From positions 38,294,788 through 38,358,787 of the forward strand of contig CM120640.1 of the NCBI GenBank assembly GCA_051362555.1: a DNA stretch of 64,000 bases, read 5' to 3'. The stretch comes from Lingula anatina. Lineage: Eukaryota; Animalia; Brachiopoda. Shown piece after piece: positions 39,001-49,937 of the stretch. The translations under genes were made by a program, and so were the position numbers. How positions within the stretch are numbered: position 1 is the stretch's first letter; every line of letters begins with the position of its first letter. Below the pieces are notes generated by a model, which was not told where the DNA came from, ran no database searches, and saw only the letters and a program-made list of their open reading frames with translations.

Positions 39001-42000
39001 TAAGGAAGAAATAGAGCAAAAACTCTGTCTCCCCCCCCCCCCCCTCTCAGATTCTGTTCTCAGAGCTTATTTTTGGATCATCTTTAAAGCTAGAATTGGG
39101 GGCCTTGATGAAGTGACCCGGGCGCGTTTCGACATTTTTTATGAATGACAGGTGTGGTAGATTGATTTTCGTCCATTTTTGGAAAAATCGGAGACAGGTC
39201 GATTTTTGGTGATTTTGAGTGATTTTGAACAGTGCCGGCACTGTGTGATTTTTTCAATTTTGGCCAGGTAGGGATGAAAATTTTTTTTCTTCATTATAGT
39301 GTCAGGTAGGTGTGTTCGGTCATTTGTAGTAAGAATAAAGTGCTGGAAGAGTGGTGGTGTCACCATTAAGGAAGAAATAGAGCAAAAACTCTGTCTCCCC
39401 CCCCCCCCCCCCCCTCTCAGATTCTGTTCTCAGAGCTTATTTTTGGATCATCTTTAAAGCTAGAATTGGGGGCCTTGATGAAGTGACCCGGGCGCGTTTC
39501 CACATTTTTTATGAATGACAGGTGTGGTAGATTGATTTTCGTCACTTTTTGGAAAAATCGGAGACGGGTCGATTTTTGGTGATTTTGAGTGATTTTGAAC
39601 AGTGCCGGCACTGTGAGATTTCTTCAATTTTGGCCAGGTAGGGATGAAAATTTTTTTTCTTCATTATAGTGTCAGGTAGGTGTGTTCGGTCATTTGTAGT
39701 AAGAATAAAGTGCTGGAAGAGTGGTGGTGTCAACATTAAGGAAGAAATAGAGCAAAAACTCTGTCTCCCCCCCCCTCCCCCCTCTCAGATTCTGTTCTCA
39801 GAGCTTATTTTTGGATCATCTTTAAAGCTAGAATTGGGGGCCTTGATGAAGTGACCCGGGCGCGTTTCCACATTTTTTATGAATGACAGGTGTGGTAGAT
39901 TGATTTTCGTCACTTTTTGGAAAAATTGGAGACGGGTCGATTTTTGGTGATTTTGAGTGATTTTGAACAGTGCCGGCACTGTGAGATTTCTTCAATTTTG
40001 GCCAGGTAGGGATGAAAATTTTTTTTCTTCATTATAGTGTCAGGTAGGTGTGTTCGGTCATTTGTAGTAAGAATAAAGTGCTGGAAGAGTGGTGGTGTCA
40101 ACATTAAGGAAGAAATAGAGCAAAAACTCTGTCTCCCCCCCCCCCTCTCAGATTCTGTTCTCAGAGCTTATTTTTGGATCATCTTTAAAGCTAGAATTGG
40201 GGGCCTTTATGAAGTGACCCGGGCGCGTTTCCACATTTTTATGAATGACAGGTGTGGTAGATTGATTTTCGTCACTTTTTGGAAAAATCTGAGACGGGTC
40301 GATTTTTGGTGATTTTGAGTGATTTTGATCAGTGATCTGATCTGAGACGGGTCGATTTTTGGTGATTTTGAGTGATTTTGATCAGTGCCGGCATTGTGGG
40401 ATTACTTCAATTTTGAAGGGATGAAAATTTTTTTTCCTTCCTTATAGTGACAGGTAGGTGTGTTTGGTTATTTGTAGTAAGAATAAAGTGCTGGAAGAGT
40501 GGTTGTGTCAACATTAAGGAAGAAATAGAGCAAAAACTCTGTTTCCCCCCCCCCCCCCCCTCTCAGATTCTGTTCTCAGGTGTGCTTTTTGGCAATCTTT
40601 AAAGCTAGAATTGGGGGCCTTGATGGAGTGACCCGGGCGCGTTTCCATGTTTTCTATGAATGACAGGAGAAGTTTCAGGTAGGTGTGTTTGGTCATTTGT
40701 AGTAAGAATAAAGTGCTGGAAGAGTGGTGGTGTCAACATTAAGGAAGAAATAGAGCAAAAACTCTGTCTCCCCCCCCCCCCCCTCTCAGATTCTGTTCTC
40801 AGAGCTTATTTTTGGATCATCTTTAAAGCTAGAATTGGGGGCCTTGATTAAGTGACCCGGGCACATTTCCACATTTTTTATGAATGACAGGTGTGGTAGA
40901 TTGATTTTCGTCACTTTTTGGAAAAATCGGAGACAGGTCGATTTTTGGTGATTTTGAGTGATTTTGAACAGTGCCGGCACTGTGAGATTTCTTCAATTTT
41001 GGCCAGGTAGGGATGAAAATTTTTTTTCTTCATTATAGTGTCAGGTAGGTGTGTTCGGTCATTTGTAGTAAGAATAAAGTGCTGGAAGAGTGGTGGTGTC
41101 AACATTAAGGAAGAAATAGAGCAAAAACTCTGTCTCCCCCCCCCCCCCTCTCAGTTTCTGTTCTCAGAGCTTATTTTTGGATCATCTTTAAAGCTAGAAT
41201 TGGGGGCCTTAATGAAGTGACCCGGGCGCGTTTCCACATTTTTTATGAATGACAGGTGTGGTAGATTGATTTTCGTCACTTTTTGGAAAAATCGGAGACG
41301 GGTCGATTTTTGGTGATTTTGAGTGATTTTGAACAGTGCCGGCACTGTGAGATTTCTTCAATTTTGGCCAGGTAGGGATGAAAATTTTTTTTCTTCATTA
41401 TAGTGTCAGGTAGGTGTGTTCGGTCATTTGTAGAAAGAATAAAGTGCTGGAAGAGTGGTGGTGTCAACATTAAGGAAGAAATAGAGCAAAAACTCTGTCT
41501 CCCCCCCCCCCCCCCCTCTCAGATTCTGTTCTCAGAGCTTATTTTTCGATCATCTTTAAAGCTAGAATTGGGGGCCTTGATGAAGTGACCCGAGCGCGTT
41601 TCCACATTTTTTATGAATGACAGGTGTGTTAGATTGATTTTCGTCACTTTTTGGAAAAATCGGAGACGGGTCGATTTTTGGTGATTTTGAGTGATTTTGA
41701 ACAGTGCCGGCACTGTGAGATTTCATCAATTTTGGCCAGGTAGGGATGAAAATTTTTTTTCTTCATTATAGTGTCAGGTAGGTGTGTTCGGTCATTTGTA
41801 GTAAGAATAAAGTGCTGGAAGAGTGGTGGTGTCAACATTAAGGAAGAAATAGAGCAAAAACTCTGTCTCCCCCCCCCCCCCCCTCTCAGATTCTGTTCTC
41901 AGAGCTTATTTTTGGATCATCTTTAAAGCTAGAATTGGGGGCCTTGGTGAAGTGACCCGGGCGCGTTTCCACATTTTTTATGAATGACAGGTGTGTTAGA

Positions 42001-45000
42001 TTGATTTTCGTCCCTTTTTGGAAAAATCGGAGACGGGTCGATTTTTGGTGATTTTGAGTGATTTTGAACAGTGCTGGCACTGTGAGATTTCTTCAATTTT
42101 GGGCAGGTAGGGATGAAAATTTTTTTTCTTCATTATAGTGTCAGGTAGGTGTGTTCGGTCATTTGTAGTAAGAATAAAGTGCTGGAAGAGTGGTGGTGTC
42201 AACATTAAGGAAGAAATAGAGCAAAAACTCTGTCTCCCCCCCCCCCCCTCTCAGATTCTGTTCTCAGAGCTTATTTTTGGATCATCTTTAAAGCTAGAAT
42301 TGGGGGCCTTGATGAAGTGACCCGGGCGCGTTTCCACATTTTTTATGAATGACAGGTGTGGTAGATTGATTTTCGTCACTTTTTGGAAAAATCGGAGACG
42401 GGTCGATTTTTGGTGATTTTGAGTGATTTTGAACAGTGCCGGCACTGTGAGATTTCTTCAATTTTGGCCAGGTAGGGATGAAAATGTTTTTTCTTCATTA
42501 TAGTGTCAGGTAGGTGTGTTCGGTCATTTGTAGTAAGAATAAAGTGCTGGAAGAGTGGTGGTGTCAACATTAAGGAAGAAATAGAGCAAAAACTCTGTCT
42601 CCCCCCCCCCTCTCAGATTCTGTTCTCAGAGCTTATTTTTGGATCATCTTTAAAGCTAGAATTGGGGGCCTTGATGAAGTGACCCGGGCGCGTTTCCACA
42701 TTTTTTATGAATGACAGGTGTGGTAGATTGATTTTCGTCACTTTTTGGAAAAATTGGAGACGGGTCGATTTTTGGTGATTTTGAGTGATTTTGAACAGTG
42801 CCGGCACTGTGAGATTTCTTCAATTTTGGCCAGGTAGGGATGAAAATTTTTTTTCTTCATTATACTGTCAGGTAGGTGTGTTCGGTCATTTGTAGTAAGA
42901 ATAAAGTGCTGGAAGAGTGGTGGTGTCAACATTAAGGAAGAAATAGAGCAAAAACTCTGTCTCCCCCCCCCCCACCCCCCCCTCTCAGATTCTGTTCTCA
43001 GAGCTTATTTTTGGATCATCTTTAAAGCTAGAATTGGGGGCCTTGATGAAGTGACCCGGGTGCGTTTCCACATTTTTTATGAATGACAGGTGTGGTAGAT
43101 TGATTTTCGTCACTTTTTGGAAAAATCGGAGACGGGTCGATTTTTGGTGATTTTGAGTGATTTTGAACAGTGCTGGCACTGTGAGATTTCTTCAATTTTG
43201 GCCAGGTAGGGATGAAAATGTTTTTTCTTCATTATAGTGTCAGGTAGGTGTGTTCGGTCATTTGTAGTAAGAATAAAGTGCTGGAAGAGTGGTGGTGTCA
43301 ACATTAAGGAAGAAATAGAGCAAAAACTCTGTCTCCCCCCCCCCCTCTCAGATTCTGTTCTCAGAGCTTATTTTTGGATCATCTTTAAAGCTAGAATTGG
43401 GGGCCTTGATGAAGTGACCCGGGCGCGTTTCCACATTTTTTATGAATGACAGGTGTGGTAGATTGATTTTCGTCACTTTTTGGAAAAATCGGAGACGGGT
43501 CGATTTTTGGTGATTTTGAGTGATTTTGAACAGTGCCGGCACTGTGAGATTTCTTCAATTTTGGCCAGGTAGGGATGAAAATTTTTTTTCTTCATTATAG
43601 TGTCAGGTAGGTGTGTTTGGTCATTTGTAGTAAGAGTAAAGTGCTGGAAGAGTGGTGGTGTCAACATTAAGGAAGAAATAGAGCAAAAACTCTGTCTCCC
43701 CCCCCCCCCCCCCCCCTCTCAGATTCTGTTCTCAGAGCTTATTTTTGGATCATCTTTAAAGCTAGAATTGGGGGCCTTGATGAAGTGACCCGGGCGCGTT
43801 TCGACATTTTTTATGAATGACAGGTGTGGTAGATTGATTTTCGTCCATTTTTGGAAAAATCGGAGACAGGTCGATTTTTGGTGATTTTGAGTGATTTTGA
43901 ACAGTGCCGGCACTGTGTGATTTTTTCAATTTTGGCCAGGTAGGGATGAAAATTTTTTTTCTTCATTATAGTGTCAGGTAGGTGTGTTCGGTCATTTGTA
44001 GTAAGAATAAAGTGCTGGAAGAGTGGTGGTGTCACCATTAAGGAAGAAATAGAGCAAAAACTCTGTCTCCCCCCCCCCCCCCCCTCTCAGATTCTGTTCT
44101 CAGAGCTTATTTTTGGATCATCTTTAAAGCTAGAATTGGGGGCCTTGATGAAGTGACCCGGGCGCGTTTCCACATTTTTTATGAATGACAGGTGTGGTAG
44201 ATTGATTTTCGTCACTTTTTGGAAAAATCGGAGACGGGTCGATTTTTGGTGATTTTGAGTGATTTTGAACAGTGCCGGCACTGTGAGATTTCTTCAATTT
44301 TGGCCAGGTAGGGATGAAAATTTTTTTTCTTCATTATAGTGTCAGGTAGGTGTGTTCGGTCATTTGTAGTAAGAATAAAGTGCTGGAAGAGTGGTGGTGT
44401 CAACATTAAGGAAGAAATAGAGCAAAAACTCTGTCTCCCCCCCCCTCCCCCCTCTCAGATTCTGTTCTCAGAGCTTATTTTTGGATCATCTTTAAAGCTA
44501 GAATTGGGGGCCTTGATGAAGTGACCCGGGCGCGTTTCCACATTTTTTATGAATGACAGGTGTGGTAGATTGATTTTCGTCACTTTTTGGAAAAATTGGA
44601 GACGGGTCGATTTTTGGTGATTTTGAGTGATTTTGAACAGTGCCGGCACTGTGAGATTTCTTCAATTTTGGCCAGGTAGGGATGAAAATTTTTTTTCTTC
44701 ATTATAGTGTCAGGTAGGTGTGTTCGGTCATTTGTAGTAAGAATAAAGTGCTGGAAGAGTGGTGGTGTCAACATTAAGGAAGAAATAGAGCAAAAACTCT
44801 GTCTCCCCCCCCCCCCTCTCAGATTCTGTTCTCAGAGCTTATTTTTGGATCATCTTTAAAGCTAGAATTGGGGGCCTTTATGAAGTGACCCGGGCGCGTT
44901 TCCACATTTTTATGAATGACAGGTGTGGTAGATTGATTTTCGTCACTTTTTGGAAAAATCTGAGACGGGTCGATTTTTGGTGATTTTGAGTGATTTTGAT

Positions 45001-45365
45001 CAGTGATCTGATCTGAGACGGGTCGATTTTTGGTGATTTTGAGTGATTTTGATCAGTGCCGGCATTGTGGGATTACTTCAATTTTGAAGGGATGAAAATT
45101 TTTTTTCCTTCCTTATAGTGACAGGTAGGTGTGTTTGGTTATTTGTAGTAAGAATAAAGTGCTGGAAGAGTGGTTGTGTCAACATTAAGGAAGAAATAGA
45201 GCAAAAACTCTGTTTCCCCCCCCCCCCCCCTCTCAGATTCTGTTCTCAGGTGTGCTTTTTGGCAATCTTTAAAGCTAGAATTGGGGGCCTTGATGGAGTG
45301 ACCCGGGCGCGTTTCCATGTTTTCTATGAATGACAGGAGAAGTTTCAGGTAGGTGTGTTTGGTCA
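36020..45365. repeat. 13-monomer tandem duplication (~4.67 kb x 2) that includes diverged edge-type monomers
   Basis: Private variants recur at ~4668-bp offset (36851/41519, 37218/41886, 39047/43719). The rearranged monomers at 40,290-40,690 reappear at 44,960-45,360. Confidence 0.95.
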
Positions 45366-46032
45366 TTTGTTGTAAGAATAAAGTGCTGGAAGAGTGGTTA
45401 TGTCAACATTAAGGAAGAAATAGACCAAAAACTCTGTCTCCCCCCTCCTCTCAGATTCTGTTCTCAGGTGTGCTTTTTGGCAATCTTTGAAGCTAGAATT
45501 GGGGGCCTTGATGAAGTGACCCGGGCACGTTTCCACATTTTTTATGAATGACAGGTGTGGTAGATTGATTTTCATTTTTTGGAAAAATCTGAGACGGGTC
45601 GATTCTTGGTGATTTTGAGTGATTTTCATCAGTGCCGGCATTGTGAGATTACTTCAATTTTGTAGGGATGAAATTTTTTTTTCCTTCATTATAGTGACAG
45701 GTAGGTGTGTTTGGTTATTTGTAGTAAGAATAAAGTGCTGGAAGAGAGGTTGTGTCAACATTAAGGAAGAAATAGAGCAAAAACTCTGTCTCCCCCCCAC
45801 CTCTGAGATTCTGTTCTCAGGTGGGGTTTTTTGCAATCTTTAAAGCTAGAATTGGGGGCCTTGATGAAGTGACCCGGGCGCGTTTCCACATTTTCTATGA
45901 ATGACAGGTGTGGTAGATTGATTTTCGTCACTTTTTGGAAATATCTGAGACGGGTCGATTTTTGGTGATTTTGAGTGATTTTTTTTATTCAACATAAAAA
46001 TAAATAAATAAACCTCTGGCCACCTCCCGTAG

Positions 46033-46425
46033 CTGTCTCCATACAGCCCCTGTGCTTAGCAATGCTTTTTGAAAAGGTGTAAAGCTAAAATTTGGGGCAT
46101 TAGTAATGAGACGTAGGTGTGTTTATACATTTTTTTATGATTGAAAGGTGTGGTAGGTTGATTTTCAACCTATTTTGCATAAATCAGAAAGTTTTTTTTT
46201 TTTTTTTTTTTTTTTTTGGTGATTTTTATAGGGAAAAATTAAAGGTATTTCGGATTTTTAAATTGACCAGTAGGTGAATTTGGTCAGTTGTAGTTATCAT
46301 CATCAGTTGTACTTATCATCAAATACTGAAAGCCCTTGATATCAGCAATGTATTTCATATAGTAATTATTTCATGCTGGGATTTGTGGCTTTAATGATTA
46401 TATGTAGGTGTGTTTATACAGATAT
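46033..46425 (+). repeat. Highly degenerate satellite-related relics beyond the array edge
   Basis: 46081-46190 (AAAGCTAAAATTTGGGGCATT...GGTGTGGTAGGTTGATTTTC) aligns with monomer AAAGCTAGAATTGGGGGCCTT...GGTGTGGTAGATTGATTTTC. 46265-46295 matches GTCAGGTAGGTGTGTTCGGTCATTTGTAGT. 46375-46420 repeats the first motif again. Confidence 0.8.
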
Positions 46426-46455
46426 GCAGGGTTTATTATTGTTATTTTTTTAGTG

Positions 46456-48336
46456 AAGGATGAGTGCAAATAAGAGGGTAAAAGTGCCCACCTTTGTACA
46501 TGAAAAATAAATTGTGAATAAACGGAAAAAAATTGATGCCAAATTAAAGTTGGGGTCTTACACCTTTATGATCCACTTAAATTTTTTTTTTTTTTTAATT
46601 TGAAATATAAAAAATTAATGTCAAAATGACCTTGTCAAATATTCATGAAAATGTGTGTTTTAGGGGGGTTCTGAAGTAAATGCTACATATATCTTTAGTA
46701 ATAGTAAGGTGACAACTGTGAAATTTTGTAATTGGGTACAGAAGGTGCATGTGTAAAAAAGAAAGCCAATAAGTGGCCAATCATTGTTTGTGATTAATAT
46801 TTTGATTGCTTTATTCTTACATGTAGTGCTGATTGAAAGAATAATCTCACAATGACTTGAGGATAAAATATGTTCATTTTTTATATGAGCCCCTTCCTCA
46901 GACAAGCTTATTATTCAAGGTTGAAAAGATATATGTTTTTTTTTTTTCCAAAATGCTATGAATGGCTTTTGTTGTCAAGGAGATCAGTGAAAACCTATTG
47001 ACATGGTAAATAGTCCAAACAAGAGACCACCAGCCTATAATTAATTACCAGACATTTACCAGATAAAGCAAGCTAGCCAGTATACTGATGAGCATCTGCT
47101 AGATGGGCAGTTTGAAATCAGTGTATGCAAGGATGCACCTGATTTAACCAGAGCCAAAATAGTTAATTAAGGCACACATCTAGCCACCAGTACACGTTAT
47201 GGATTCAGACCTCCCATAGCAAAACTAGACCCATCAGCGGCTGGTACTGTCAATGTAAAGCAGGTTCCAAGACAGTTGGAAGTTGTGCACATATTACTTG
47301 TTCTGTAGTATATAGGGTTTGCCATGAGGCAGGGATGCAATTGAAAATTATGTTGTGGAAAAGGTTGTTTGGATGCCTCACATTTACCAACATCAAGTGG
47401 TGACAGTATTATAGCGAGACAGAAAGTGTTTTGGACAGCACATCTGATTAATTATCTATTGTTTCTTATACATTTTTTATTCTCATCTTTGTATATTTTG
47501 TATAAAATAACTCTTGCATTACATTCTATGCAAGGTCTTTATCACATACATAATCATATATTAAGTATTTTTTAGGAGATTTAATTTCATTGTCATACAG
47601 ATTATTGGCCATAACTGTTATTATGTTTACTATATTTTCATTCAGTTTTTACTTTTACCTTATCATTATTTTGGTACAATTTATACCTTGTTCATTTTAT
47701 GGTTAATGGAAACATTCCAAATAACTGTTTAGAGTGCTTTAATTTACACATGATTTCTTGTTGTTACTGTAACAGCCTTTTGGTTTTAGCATTTTTTACT
47801 ATTTCTTAGAGCCTTGTACAAAATGTGCATTGGTTATCAATACAATTATTTAGACCAACAAATGCTAGTCTGTGATAAAAGTTATATAAAATTAATATAC
47901 GCTGAAACAAGTTTTCTTAGTTACAAAACTTTTATACAGTAAAGTGAAATCAGTGATAGCTTCTGTGAGAAAATATCATAATACAACACCCCTCCCTCTT
48001 TTCTCTAGGATTAAAAAAAAAAATTCCTTTCCCATTTACTTGTGCCACACCACATATAACTCTTTTTTTACACCACAAGACAAGTTTCATTAGAAAAAAA
48101 TCATTAATGTAATATTTATGCTGAAACAAGTTGCTCTGATTGATTAGACTGCATACAACAGGTAAATCTGGATACCCCTCCCCCCACATATAACTCATTA
48201 AAAATACTAAGTTACAATGCCTCAAACCAAATAATATTTTTTCACACAACAAATATGTGCATAAACTTTATAATAGCAAATTATTAAAAAATTTTGATGA
48301 TGGGCACTTTGCCAATGGTTATCTGCACTCATCCTT
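46456..48336. mobile_element. Probable decayed DNA transposon body bracketed by imperfect inverted motifs
   Basis: 46456-46490 AAGGATGAGTGCAAATAAGAGGGTAAAAGTGCCCA is an inverted near-copy of 48301-48336 (reverse complement AAGGATGAGTGCAGATAACCATTGGCAAAGTGCCCA). The transposase relic lies between them. True termini and TSD were not identified. Confidence 0.5.
46676..47326 (+). pseudogene. Degraded DNA-transposon transposase (DDE_Tnp_4 domain plus C-terminal SWIM zinc finger; Harbinger/ISL2EU- or Kolobok-Hydra-like)
   Basis: Manual translation: from 47051 DIYQIKQASQYTDEHLLDGQFEISVCKDAPDLTRAKI, frameshift, RHTSSHQYTLWIQ...PISGWYCQCKAGSKTVGSCAHI, frameshift, VL*YIGFA. This fits the recalled consensus GxYQLKQAxSYxxEH...SRH...GWYCxCKxGxRxVGxCAH...VLWYLG. 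Weaker upstream relics: NATYIF (46679, cf. DGTYIY), AD*KNN (46828, cf. ADGKNND), MSPFL (46885). Confidence 0.75.
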
Positions 48337-49692
48337 GCTCATATTGGCATTTTCAATGATGAAATTTGAATACTCATCGCCATGAAGCTGTATGGAAGTT
48401 ACATATTTTATGTATAGTTCATATATTAATTAAAAATTGGTGGTGATTATACACCCATAATCAGTATCTAGGCCTACATGTAAAATTTGCATCAAATTGA
48501 CACGCACAAAAAAAAACTTTTTGTGCACTGCTACGTACCACAATTGCCATGAAAGAAAAACTTTACTTAATTATTTTAATTGTAACTTCAATATGGTTAG
48601 TTGAATTGGCCTACCAGAATTTATGCATATTTTGTTTTATCATTTCCCATGTGTGACTACAAACTCTTGTGGGCCTGAAGCCCCATGCTAGTAACACATT
48701 GCTTATATCCATGTTACATGTTGTGCATTACTAACATTTGGTATTAATTTTGCTGTTTAGCATAATTATGTAATATGGCATCAACATTTAAAAAAACTAT
48801 ATTGTGCATCATTTATTTTCTGTTTATTGTCTGTTCATTTGATAGTTTTGCTGACTTGTTTAGAGAAATTGATTGCCAGATATTTATCACGTTAGTTTAG
48901 GTGGTTTTACTATTAGCATGCTAACTGGTTCATTTTTGGTATACGCTAGCAGGTCTATTGAATTCCTTAGTGCACTAGGTGCGACATATTATTTACACAG
49001 CTAACACATTTGAAAATTTCCTGTGATGCAACTCTGGCCAACAAACGAGCCCACCCAACGGCCGTACCACAGCACACTTCTAGTATTTATAGATCAGGGT
49101 GGAGTCAATTTAAAGATTGGGAACTGCACCAATCATCAACACAATATATACATTGTGTTTAACCTTTATTGATCTCAACTTGCTAATTTCCAGTTATAAT
49201 TTCTCAAAATTTACTGAATTACATTGTAAGTACTAATTAAAATATGTTGCCTTTTGAACACACTCACACAGCTGTCACGGACCTGTTTTATTGTTATTTT
49301 ATACTCTTTTTTTTTTTTAATAAGGTTCTGTACGTGTTAGATGGATATATCTTATATACAAATAAATATTTAAAAAAGGTATAGCACCATATATAGTGCA
49401 TGTACTGTATATATGTCACGATCTTTAACAAATAAAAATAATATATATGCATTGTTCAGTGAATTCAGTTTCACCAAAAAGTTCTTTGTCCTTTAAATAG
49501 ACTAAAAATACCTATTTAACTTTGAAAAGTAACTCAAATAGACGAAACAAAAACACTTTGTGTCCATAGCAATCGCAGTTGCTTGTTTCAAAATTATACG
49601 CAGTGAGTTAAATATAAAAGCAGTGAGCCCAGACCTAGATTATAAACACAATTCAATTCAAATCAATAAACCTATTCAATCATTTGATAACA

Positions 49693-49731
49693 TATAAACA
49701 CTCCGTCCGGTGCCCTTTCTTTCATTCAGTT
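49693..49731 (+). promoter_or_regulatory. Putative core promoter of CK1-alpha: TATA box plus initiator
   Basis: TATAAA at 49693-49698 lies 31 bp before the A of TCATTC (49724), with a second Inr-like TCAGTT (A at 49728), about 210 bp upstream of the ATG. Confidence 0.5.
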
Positions 49732-49735
49732 TAAA

Positions 49736-49867
49736 ATGGACAAAGCGGTTCATTGTGCAGGTTACCCTGGGCGACTGGTTACCTTCCCAGCATCCTTTGC
49801 GTTTTGTTGGATGAAAGACGTCACCAAGAGAGAGAAAATGTCTCCCAACAAAAGTGGATTGGACTAA
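49736..49867 (+). promoter_or_regulatory. Upstream ORF (43 codons) in the predicted CK1-alpha 5'UTR
   Basis: ATG at 49736 (AAAATGG context) with in-frame ATGs at 49811 and 49838 and TAA at 49865-49867: MDKAVHCAGYPGRLVTFPASFAFCWMKDVTKREKMSPNKSGLD*. Confidence 0.4.
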
Positions 49868-49937
49868 TTCGGGGGCATTTTACAGGTTAACAGATACTTC
49901 GAGGTTGTATATTTTGATCTGAAATTCGGAAGAAACA

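Larger units (their letters stand above)
1..45982. repeat. Tandem satellite array, ~364-bp monomer (about 360-376 bp depending on poly-C length), ~126 copies, open at the left window edge
   Basis: The same unit (...GGAAGAAATAGAGCAAAAACTCTGTCT(C)nTCTCAGATTCTGTTCTCAGAG...) recurs head-to-tail, and ORF-track copies recur every ~360-376 bp. Monomers are near-identical except the diverged ones at ~40,150-40,700 and ~44,820-45,980. Confidence 0.99.

Noticed and set aside
1-45900. Over 250 short ORFs (MLTPPLFQ..., MPALFKIT..., MSGRCVRS...) as a tandem gene family
   Set aside because: They overlap on both strands, depend on poly-C length, are freely frameshifted or stopped between copies and resemble no known protein. 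They are by-products of the repeat.
1-45900. CRISPR array
   Set aside because: There are no unique spacers, the whole 364-bp unit repeats, no cas genes are present and the context is intron-containing eukaryotic DNA.
1-45900. Tandem RNA-gene cluster (5S, tRNA, snRNA or spliced-leader RNA); the monomer has AG|GTAG and Sm-like AATTTTGG/ATTTTTGG words
   Set aside because: No recognisable 5S, tRNA or snRNA sequence or Pol III boxes. The Sm-like words are expected in T-tract-rich DNA and are not arranged as in SL RNAs. An Infernal/Rfam scan and small-RNA data would be decisive.
48319-48387. Minus-strand terminal exon LHGDEYSNFIIENANMSKDECR*
   Set aside because: It overlaps the inverted motif paired with 46456-46490, matches no recognised protein and has no convincing upstream gene model.
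48669-48692. Small hairpin followed by CTAGT as a further HINE end
   Set aside because: The stem is very short and no partner subterminal repeat was found.
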